Assembly: GCF_037042905.1 (NCBI RefSeq)
Contig: NC_087252.1
Span: forward strand, 11,968,001-12,028,000
Direction: 5' to 3'
From: Lytechinus pictus
Lineage: Eukaryota
Length of the DNA: 60,000 nucleotides
Shown: one piece after another, positions 26,601 through 38,600 of the stretch
Layout of the letters: each line of letters opens with the position of its first letter
Numbering within the stretch: position 1 is the stretch's first letter
Notes under the pieces: model-generated
What the model saw: only the letters and a program-made list of their open reading frames with translations
Database searches by the model: none
What the model was told of the DNA's origin: nothing
Made by a program: the position numbers and the translations under genes

Positions 26601-29600
26601 GAGTGTCTTGCTTTACAATTTACCCAACAGCCAGTTGTCTAAACTCCAAAAACTCCAAAACACTGCAGCACGCATAGTCACCCTTTCCAAAAAAAACATG
26701 TTCATACAGGGGCCGCGGAACCGGGGGGGGGGGGGGGGCTTCAGCCGCTTCCCCACTTTTTTTTCCAAAACCGTGTACAAAAACGTTAAGATGACCATAT
26801 GATTGTGGTTTTTAGCATGGTCAGCCCCCCCCCCCTCTTTGAAAACCGTTCCGCGGCCCCTGTCATATCACACCCATTCTGAAATCTATACATTGGTTAA
26901 AGGCCAATGATCGCATCATTTTCAAAATCCTTTTCCTTGTATACCATGCTATTAATGGTTTTGCTCCACTATACAATACTAATCTAATTAACAAATACAT
27001 TCCTGCCAGGTCCCTTCGTTCATCCAACTCTGGTTTCTTAGTTGTTCCAAAATCTGCTAAGACATGGGGGGCACGGGCTTTTGCTCATGATGGCCCTGTT
27101 CTCTCAGGGGCCGCGGAAACGGCGGGGGGATTTAGCCCCCCCCCCCCCCCACACACTTTTTTTTCAAAAAATGTGTGCAAAAACGTAAAAATTACCATAT
27201 GATTGTGATTTTTTGCATGGTCAGCCCCCTCCCCCCACTTTGAAAACCGTTCCGCGGCCCCAGTCACCAACCTTCCCCTGGTTATCCGTGACTGCACTTA
27301 TATTGACACATTTCAACGCTACCTTAAGACCCGTCTGTTCAATGCTTCCTTTTCCTTAATAGTAGACTTGTGAAGAGGTTGAATGCTGCATTTTTTAGTA
27401 CAAATGTCCCACTTGGCACAAATGTTCCTTGAGTCAAAAGAAAAAGATTCATCCAAAGAGACACGCTGTATCTATGCAAATAAGCAAGTAATTTGCATAA
27501 ATTTGCATATTATGTCGATATAATAAAAACAAGTATTTCAGAATATATATTTAACCAGAACTGCCCTAAAATTGGAAATAAAGACTTAGGGTAAGAAAGG
27601 GAAGAAAATTGTCATAAAATAATTGGGAAAGCCTTGTTTTTTATTACCTAATTTACATTGTACATAAATTATGCAAATTATAATTTAAATCAGAGTATTT
27701 TTTCATGAATCCTGAACTGTATAAAAAACAGCAACTAATATACAATGTCATGATTCTACATGAAAGAGAATATATTAGCGAAAACATGCTTCATGACAGT
27801 ATTAGTGTCTTAATTTGCTTAGAAAGAGGGCAAATATGTCAAAATGTATGACGTAATATTGTGCTAAAACGAGACCAAAACAACCTTTATGTCACAGTCA
27901 AACTCACGAATCGGACAATAAAGCGATCAATGGTATGTCATTCGAGATAACACCATCCCAACACTATAGCTTCCACCGGCTTCTCGTATCGCTTTTGTTG
28001 GTGTGTCTGCCACTCCGCAATCTATGATAGATACGGACAAAATGCATTTCGGTATCGGTAAAACACTATTAATTTTTTTTTATTTGTTTCTCTTGGAAAA
28101 TTTACAGGGGACATTGCTTTGCATGTTACTGCTTTAATGAAGCTCTGGCACATGAATCATGACGAATTTGTCCTACCTCAATCCATATTTTAACTTTATT
28201 AAAATATATATCTTTTGGAGACCCCAAAGTGGCAAAACTGCATCCCCCGGCATTCCCACCACTTTACGAAACCAGTTTGACTTGTATAATTGACTTGAAA
28301 AAGACAGATGTATGAGACATCAGTCAACATGTATCCTGAAGAAAGTTTTTTTGTTTATTTAAGCCTACGCCCACGGGAGCCCTCCGAATTAACCCCATCC
28401 CCTTTCCGTATTTCGAACTTTAAATAAAAATATCGTGTTTTAAAGCCATCGGCAAGGCAAATTGCGTTTTTCGGTATAATAAAGCAACTTTTATATCTAT
28501 ATTTTTATATTTACATTCATCATTATTGATATTATTATAATTATTATTAATAGTATTATTATTATTATTACTATTATTATCATTATTATTATTATTTCCA
28601 TTGTCCACAACTTGATGTTCTGTAGGTATATTAAACAACAACCGGACTTCTTCCAGAAATCTAGGGTTATTGTTTTATATTCTATCAAATGGGTCCTCTT
28701 CTCATTGTTCACCTCTCTTTCTAATTCAAGACCTTCCGTAAGATATGAGCTGTTCCAAGCAAGCTTGCCTTCTGTATCGTTTCAAAGGACACCTCGACTA
28801 CTAGAACAGCCAGAAAGCTTCTGTGTCTTGTTGTCACTGTTCCTAGGGCTCCGACTATTGGTACCACCTTCGTCTTCACCTTCCATATCCTTTTCAGCTC
28901 CCATGCCAGATCGTTATACTTCTGTATCTTTTCTTCCTCTTTACGCCAAGCTCTGCAGTCTCCCGGAATCGCAATATCTATGATCAGACATTCCTTATCC
29001 TTCTTCTTTATGAGAACGATGTCTGGTCGTCTAGCTTCAATGACCTTGTCTGTCTGGATATTAAAATCCCATAAAAGTTTTACATCGTCGTCTTTGTCAT
29101 GACACATTCTACATGAGGGAGATGTATGCTCCTTTTCAACTTTGGCTCTTCGGTAATTTGTTCTAATTGCTTGGTCCTGAGCAGCAACTAGCATACTTTC
29201 CGTCTCCATCTTTAAACTTCCTCGTTTCAGCCACTGCCAACTCTCTGGTCCAGCAAACTCCTCTGTCTGTCTTAAATGCTGCCCTTGCATCACCTTCTCT
29301 TTCCATCCCTCCAGTCTCATTTTCCTTTGATAAGCCTTCAGCTGTTTCGCTGTCATATTCTTTCCTTTCCTCATCGACTCTTTGACTGCCGTCATGATAG
29401 TATCCATCTGGCCTTCAATATAGCAGTATAGGCTTGTTCCTCATATCTTACAGTCTCCTCTATTCCAGCCAGACAACGTCCTCCCTTCCCTCTTGACACA
29501 TAAAGTCTATCTACATCAGACTTTGGGTGAAACATACCATGCATAGTTAGCAACTTCATTGTCTTCCTGTCCAGGTGTTCGAGTTCAAGCTTGTTCCATT

Positions 29601-32600
29601 CAACTATGCCAGCAGCATATCTCACTAGGGCGACTGCCCAAGTGTTATAAACAGCCTTCACCATGTTTCCAGCATTTAGTTTGGATTTGAGCACCTTCCG
29701 AATTCTCCTGATATACTCTGCCTCGATCTTCCTCTTCATTTCTTGGTGTTTCAACTGATCTGCCTCTAGTATTCCGAGATATTTATAGCTACCACCGTCT
29801 TCGATTGATCTGATCTCTTATCCGTTCGGCATTTGGAAGATGTTGTCATTGGCTGGCTTACCTCTCTTGAGAGTAATCATTGCACATTTATCCAACCCAA
29901 ACTGCATACCAATGTCTTCGCTGAAGATCCGCACAGTGTTGATGAGAGACTCCAATTCACTTTGTGTCTTACCAAACAGGTTCAAATCGTCCATGTATAA
30001 TAGATGTTTGATTTTTGCCTTGCTCTTGAACTCATATCCTAGCCTGGATCTTCTGAGTACTTAGTTAATGGTGTCATTGCCATCACAAACAGCAATGGAG
30101 ATAGACTATCTCCCTGAAAGATTCCTCTCTTGATACCAACCTCTCCAAGCACTTCACCATTACTTTCCAACTTAGATCTCCATCTCGAAATACTTGTAAT
30201 GAGGAACCTTCTGATATTGTCTGCTATGATTGTGTGGTTGGCTCCAAATGTTGCTCCAGAAGGCAATTGCTGCAGCTGGATCTGGTGGTGGAACTTCGTA
30301 TTATTATTATTATTATTATCAGTATTATTATTATTATTATTATTATTATTGCTATTAGTAGTAGTAGTAGTAGTAGTATTATTGTTCTGCCGTTTGTAAT
30401 AGTGCTCTAGCACAGTAAAGGCTATAACCCAACAGGAGCATGCCTAGGATACCCTTTCCCTTTTTGGTTTTATGAATTAAAAATAGTTTAGTGTCTTTAG
30501 AACTCTTAAAATATTACTCTTGTTTGTATTGATATCTTGGAATATATTGAAGAGAAAATACTCTGACATGTAGAGGCATGGGTGTCGATCACGGGGGAAT
30601 GGGGGATGGTCTGTATTATCATTCCCCCCCCCCCCCAATAATTTAGGGTAGAAAAAATTGTAATAATGAGGATGAAAAAATTAAAAGTTTTATCTTGATG
30701 ATTATAGTGATGATTATAGTATGCCATCAATCAGATTGTTTCCCTCGCAATTTATGTATATTGTTATTAAAAACATTATTTTCCAGGATTATTTAAAAGA
30801 TGGGTGGAGGTTCAAGATGAAAAAGAATGAAATGTTTATGTATATGACATTTTTTAACACATGACATGAAAGGACCCCGACGAAAAACAACTTTGGTTGA
30901 TAAGGTGTTCCATCCCACCAGTGGTGAATAATTCTGCGAGGAATTTGCATGTGAGGTATGACATGAGGCGAAAGATTTCGGACATGATTGAGCCTACCTG
31001 AAATAGATGTTGTTCTATTTCACCCTTTTTCTTATTCATTCCCAGAAAATTCAAAGAAAAAGAAAAATACCTTTGCGTTTCTATAGAGTATAGGCTAATA
31101 ACTTAATTTGCCTGGTTATACACACTTTACTGATGTATGTCATGGTAGTATTGTTATATATCAAGTTCGGCATTCAGTAAACTTTTGAACAAGAAAATGT
31201 ACCAAAAGGAAGACGTGCACGAAACGAAAGTCACCCCTACTTGTATATCCAAATACCTTGACATGAACGACAAGTATTGGTCAATGATATTTTGCAGGAG
31301 AGCATTGATGTCCTCATAACCTGTCTATGTGGAAAAGAGGTGTCTATAGTCATGAAAGAGTGAGCCCATGTCAAATGCCAAAAAATCACTTTTAAAAAGT
31401 CATAATGGTCGTTAGGTGATCAGTAGCTCATATGTATGGTGTTTTCGTTGTATGCGGTTGGATGCAATTAATATTAAACATTTTATCATGTGACCGCATT
31501 AGATACCTCTCATGAAAATATTGAGGTTTAGTGAGCTCAATATAATATGATCATACTTTTATTTTTTTTTTGAATAGGTGAAATCAATTAATGGTTTCAG
31601 AAAGAATAGTCATTCATTTCTCTCAAAAGCGTATCTTCGGAAATGAACATCGGATGTTTTTTCCATGTTATTATTGTTATTGTTATGGACTTAAATAACT
31701 AGACTTGATTGAGTTTTCTTATTTTAGCAAAAAGAAATCTCTTTTAAGTTTGGAAAGGGATTACAGTTTTGCATTCTATATGAGCACACCCATGCGGTAC
31801 GTCAATTCCCTTTTTACATAAATATATTAGCTGATATTACACACTGAAGGTTCAAGAAAATGTTGGAGAAATATTATTACATGAAAGTTGAGTGTTGATT
31901 GTTTTTTATGTTTTAGTTTCATGCACTTATAAAGCATTTAAAACATGTTAAAATCCAGGGTTAAAATCGTCTAAGGAATGACGGTAAGCCCGATGGCGCA
32001 CGCGAGAAGCCACACACTTTGTAATTTGTGCTAGTCTTAATTTTGTCCGAATCTGCATTTTATCATCATGCATTAAGAAGAAAAAAGATATTGCCAGTTG
32101 TGTTAGATTTAAGAGAGAAGTTGTATACATCATGCTCAATAAACATATCACTTTGTACATGGTCCAGACATTTTTGTCATTTCTTTTCTTTCGTATGAGT
32201 TTAGAATAGGCTTACTTGTAACATAAATTGAATTTTCAAAAAAATTATACAAGTACAGTACACTGCAACAATGAAGAATTTTCCAAGAACACCATGCATA
32301 TCAACCACTCCCAAATGTCCTAACTTGTGATTTTAGTGGGGGTAAAGTTGAAAGATCCCCATCCACAAGAACATTTGTGTCAATCATTCCCCCAACCAAG
32401 AATACCGATCGACACCCATGTGTAGAGGAGCTGTGGTACATTGAAGAACAGCCACACAGCCCTTTATTGATTCCACTCTATGTTAAATTTAAATATGTTT
32501 AGAGCCCATTCGGAAGAAAGATGCATTTCTACTACACACAGTAAAACCTCTTTGCGTTCTCCTCTTGAAAAAAGAACAAACAAACATAGAAGGCATTGTT

Positions 32601-35600
32601 TTGTATCTCATAAAATAAGTTCGTGTACATGACGGTGGCCTGTCGAAGTTGCCCAAACGTTTATTTTGTTTTGACAATATATAATTAGAATATTGTCTAA
32701 ATGAAGCCCTCATCTGGAAAAGGGCACTTATTAAAGGCAGCATCTACATTATATAGAGGAGGCTCTGGCACTGGGAAGAGGGGGCTGAAGCTTGTTAAAT
32801 TTCTTGGGACCAAAATTTTACATTGAACCTTTTTTGCTTCCAAATTTTCATCAAGAAATTTAACAAGCAAATAAACAAAAAGGATTGCACTACAAAATGA
32901 AGTTTTTTGGTAACTTTTTTTTTTCGTTTTTCACATCTGCCGGAATTCCGGGGGTGCTATCTATGGAGAATAACACACGCAGCACACCCCCCTTCCGGAA
33001 AATCTTGCGGGCGCTTCAGCCCCCGCTTACAAGTCGATAATACAAGTCAAACTGGTTATGTAAAGTAGCGGGAATGCCGCGGGGGAATGCAGTTTTGCCA
33101 CTTCGGGGTCTCCAAAAGATATATATTTTAACAAAGTTAAAATATGGATTAAGGTGGAGTACATTCGTCATGATTCATGTGCCTGAGCTTCATTAAAGCA
33201 GTAACCTGCAAAGCAATGTATCCTGTCAATTTTCCAAGAGAAACAAATTAGAAACAAATAAAACAAAATTAATAGTGTTTTACCGATTTTATACCAAAAT
33301 GCATGTTGCCCGTATATACCATAGATTACGGTGTGGCAGACACACCAACAAAAGCGATACGAGAAGCCGATGGAACCTATTGTGTTGAGATTGTGTTATC
33401 TCGATTGACATACCATTGTAGTATGGATGATCCGTGCAAAATTAGCAAGAATTGTTCAAATTATGGTTCAAGCATAACATTTGGCTGACAGGTAGAGTAA
33501 ATAGTGCTGAACATTTTTAGCAGGGGGTGCCAACCTGATCTTTCCTCGTATAGCAACAGTTGCTAGGTAACATATTTACCGTAGCAACCACCATTTTGGG
33601 GTGTTATCTACATTTAAAAAAATATATTTTGACTTCGAATTGCCAATTTTACAATCACATATCAAGCAACGTTCCAACCATATACAGGAACAGTTGCTAA
33701 GCAACACATTTTCCATAGCAACTATAGATAATATTACTAAATACAACATCTGGTCATAATTTTTGAATGGAAATGGTAAAATAATTGGTCAAAGTATGAA
33801 ACCTTGGAGTAAACAATATCTCATTAATCTGAAAAATAAATAGCAGTCCAAATAATATAATATCTGCATAATAATAATGGTATTTAGGTAAAACAAACAT
33901 AATTTTGATATGCATGATTTGACTTTTTTTTATTTTTTTCCTTCATATTATTTATTCATCCATGGCACAGCTAACACACCGACAAAAATCATCACTGGGT
34001 CATTGAATGTGCTTACTATTTAATGATTATATAGGATCTCGCCTGTTATGAAAATGAGACAGGGAATTGTAGTGCATGAACTTTTAGGACAAAGGGAAGC
34101 AGAAATTTGATAGGTATGAACTAATCGCTCCCAAATGACAAAGCATCATTGGGAAGCGATGGCGATTAATGCCCACGCACTTTATAATTGTCGGTAAAGT
34201 TTTGATATTTTTGACTAAGTTGAAGAGCATGTACAGTAGACCTGAAATGGCCTCGAGCATTGACTGTATGTTCACTGTATAGCATGTACAGTAGACATGA
34301 AACAGCCTCGAGCATCATTGACTGTATGTGCACTGTACATGTACATAGCATGCACAGTAGACCTGAAACAGCCCCCAAGCAGCATTGAATGTATGTTCAC
34401 TGTATAGCATGGACAGTAGACCTGAAACAGCTTCAAGCATCGACTGCATATACATGTACCACTTGTGAATACGTCACGAAGCAGTACATTAAAATACAAC
34501 AACACATTTTAATATAAATGGTTATCTCTGTAATTGACACTAATCATTAACGTCGCATCCTATTATGAAGATGAAGCGGTAATATGCAAGATATTGTATG
34601 TTGGAAAATGGAAAGCAATGTAAAGGTGTTGGTACAGAGCTTTCCAACCAGCTTGAAATTACTTCTTTCATCATTCTTGCCCATTATATTTCAGCATCTT
34701 TTAACACCCCCCCCCAAAAAAAAAAAAAAAAAAATTATTCTAATCCGAAGTTTATTAGAAGCAATTGCCACTGTATGTATCTCTATTATTTTATCATTAT
34801 TCTGGGCACTTGAGTCATACTTTACGTGATATCTTGCAACAGTTTCTAGATGAAGAAAAATAAATCAATTATATTTACACTGTAAGTTTCCAATAGCTTG
34901 GGACTTTGGATAGATTTCTAGCGAATTAATCGAACATACATTGTATGTGTCGCACATGCCTTCTCAGAGTAGGGCATATATTTAGTCCAAAAATTCAGTT
35001 AAGACTGTCTTGGTTAATCATAAGTGCGGAAAAGCAAGACCACTGTGAAACATGCAGTATGCTCGACAAAGAATAGCAGATGCAACAAAGAAATATCAAG
35101 AAAGTTACAGTCATCATCCTCTTCGGTCGGATAATTACTTGTTCATCAATCAAAGTGTAAGAAACATTTCTCTTCATAAGGAAATTATATTGCGAGACAA
35201 GGTGGTAGTGCCATCAGCAGAATCATTTCCATCTGAGTTGGACATGCTAAGAAGTATCGGAGGTATATGGAAGGAAGAAGCATATCAGAACTTCATGCTA
35301 ATGTTCTGTGGCCGAGTATGGATCGCGTCGAGCCAACCTGATATCATAAGTACTTCATATACGTAGGTGATAAAGCATAGTCCTGCAAGATTTATCAAGT
35401 CATGATCGATCTTGAAGCTGCAAGATCCCGGCCAAAATACCTGCAATTGGAACTAACAGGTCAAACTAACTTATGCGCGTGCTTTCAAGCCATGGATCCT
35501 GGAGCTGCAGGATTGATCCAGGTCAAAACACCTGGATACAGAAAGGACAGGTCCAAATCAACTTCTGCAGGATCGAGCCATAATAGATCAATCATATAGC

Positions 35601-38600
35601 TGCAGAATCCAGGTCAACATGCCTAGAAACGGAAATGACATGTCAAAATCATCTCTAACAAGATCTTTCATGTCATGATAGATCCCAGAGCTACATTATG
35701 ATCCCATTGTGACATTTACAGAAGTCACAATGGATCATGCAGTTGCAGGATCCAGACCAACACCCCAGGAAACGAAACTGATGGTCTAAATCGAATCTAA
35801 CAGATCTTTCAAGTGATGCTAAGTCCTGGAGCTGCAGGATTGATCCAGGTCAAAACACCTAGAAAAATATCAGAAAGGTCCAAATCAGCTTCTGCACAAG
35901 CTTTCAACTCATGATAGAGCCCTGAGCTGCAGGATCCAGGCCACCACGCCTGAAAACAGAACTGGCTGGTCCAAATCAACTGTTGCGAGATCTTTTACGT
36001 GATGACACGTCCTGGAGCTGCATGATTGTTCCAGGTCAAAACACCCGGAGAAAAAACGGACAGGTCAAAATCAACTTCGGCAGGATCAAGTCATTTAGCT
36101 CCAGGATCGAGGCCAGCATGCCTATATAGAAACGGATCTGACGGATCTAAATTAGCTCTAGCAAGATCTTTCACGTCATGATAGATCGTGGAGCTGCAGG
36201 ATTGTTCCAGGTCAAAACACCTGGAATCAGAAGTAACGGGTACAAATCAACTTCTGCAGAATTCATGATAGATCATGTAGCTGCAGGATCCAGGCCAACA
36301 GGCCAGGAAACGGAACTGAAGGGTCCCAATCAATTCTAACAGATCTTTCCCCCAGCTACGCAGGATTGATCAAAACGCCTGGTCAAAATCAACTCCTACC
36401 CATGGCATTTGGTTTGGGAACAACATGAACACTAATATGATCTTCATTGCAGGCTACGGAAGGGAGTGGGTAAACCAAGGCAAAGTGTGTTGGCTTTCAA
36501 GCGAACGACTACTGTTAGCAAGGGATAAAGTGGTATCCAATCATTCATTTGAAAATTAATTTCTGACAAGATTTATGTGTTTGAAATACATGTAATTCTA
36601 AACGTATATGACTCAATCAATTCTTGGTGGTCATCTCTCCGTGGTTATCTCTCCAAGATCAGAGCTATTTAGGTTGTAAGTACCCATGACTTCCTGGGGA
36701 GTTCTTGTAACCGTTCTTCTACAAGAGTGACCTCTTGCTAAATGTTGATATTAGGTGGTTTCAGACCGCCTCAAAGTTCGTCAGTTCCAGGTATTTTGGT
36801 AATGTGAAAGCAAACTACGCGAAATTTCCCCGAAAGAAAATACCCGCTATATAGTAGGTACTTGGCCAAATAACGATAACTTTCGTGGGGATTTTTCTAA
36901 GGTCGCAGGTATTTTGGCAATGTGAAAGCAATTTACAGGAACTTTTAGCCCAGCGTGTCGTTGGGCGCGGGTGCCGTGGGTGGCTGCAGGGCTAGTGATT
37001 TTGAATCTTGCGCCTTGCCTGCTTATCAGAACATACTGCTCATGCTCGTAACTTAAGGAACTTATCCTGGGGAGCGTTTCATCAATATTTTCATCCGACA
37101 AGTAGTCAGATCTGACATCTTTCCTTGATTCTGATTGGCTGAGAGGCACTGTTCCTATGGTAACTGTTTGATAAACAGGGACATGTCGGATAAAATGTCT
37201 GACAAGTCCTTTCATGAGACGCCCCCCCCCTCCCCTGAAGGGTATGTTTCGGGGCGGTGTAAATGCAGGAATATGGGTATTTTTTTAGCCTTAAAAGTTT
37301 TCGTAACTTAAAGGGGATTCTTGTGATCGAGGCGGTTTGAAACCACCTATTGTGGAATTATTCCAAGGGTCGATATTTTACATATGTTTAGATTAATCCA
37401 TAATATGGTTTCAAAATGGATAAAGATTGGTGTTAAAGGTGAAGTTCTTTCAATATGCAATAAGTATTATTATACCAATAATATGGAACCCATAGACATC
37501 GTCTTTGGAACTATAAACCATTTCATGAGGTAGTTTAATACGTGCATGGTTTTACTTTTTAAGCATCTATTAGTACCTCTATGATTTACACATCAATAAT
37601 CTTACCATACTGCCTTTAACCATTGGTTGCTACAGAAAACGTAATAGCAACTGGTACTTTGCATGGGCTTGCATACATTGTTCTTTGGTTTTTGGGATTA
37701 ATGTATTAATGCTTTAAAAGAAAAGATGCGAAAAAAAAATATAACCATTAAGAGATACCCTATAATAATTGTTATTGCGGGAAATGTTACTTAGCAACGG
37801 TTGCTATGGTACTCATTAGGTCTACCTATGGAAACATTCATCACATGATGAATCTATGGGCCAGATTTAATTTCTGAGCTATTTTGAGTATATTATAATG
37901 ATCTGAATTAAGATATAGAACTTGTTGCTACGGAAGAGGGTCCCTTAGCAACCGTTGCTACGAATAAATGGATCAAAACTGTTGTGATACAAAGGAACAT
38001 GCTTTAGATTAAAATTTGTATGACATATCGCTTATGAAAATGTTACTTTAGCCCAATTAAGCTCAGTTACTAAGGTAAATATGTTACCTATCAACCATTG
38101 CTATGTTCGGTGAACTCACGTTGGCACCTCCTGCTAAAAATGTTCAGAATAACTTTCACTACCTTTGTGCCGATTTTCATGCTTGTACCATTTTCTTAAC
38201 ATTTTTTCACCAATCACCTAGACTATTGATCGTTTTATTGGCCGATTCGTGAATGTGACTGTGACATAGAGGTTGTTTTGGTCTCGTTTTAGCGCAATAT
38301 CACGTCATACATTTTGACATATTTGCCCTCTTTCTAAGCAAATTAAGACACTCATACTGTCATGAAGCATATCGATGTTTTCGCTAATATATTATATTTC
38401 ATGTAGAATGTTGACATTGTGTATTAATTGCTGTTATTTATAAAACAGTTCAGGATTCATGAAAAAAATACTCTGTTTTAAATTATAATTTGCATAATTC
38501 ATGTAAATTAGGTAATAATAAACAAGGATATCCCAACCATTTTATGTCAATTTTCTTCCCTTTCTTACCCTAAGTCTTTATTTCCAATTTTAGGGCAGTT

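Larger units (their letters stand above)
33419..38225. mobile_element. 4.8-kb TIR element (TAG...CTA, Academ-like) inserted in the right arm of 27360-38808
   Basis: 3-bp TSD TTG; tagtatggatgatccgtg vs caccaatcacctagacta; shared ctgaacatttttagcagg.ggtgccaac block in both arms. Confidence 0.85.

Noticed and set aside
28420..30413. Poly-Asn/Ile/Leu ORFs in the ORF track
   Set aside because: Translations of microsatellites or the antisense strand of the R4 element
35052..35366. 104-aa ORF as a transposase remnant of the enclosing element
   Set aside because: No recognisable catalytic or Cys motifs; would need a profile search
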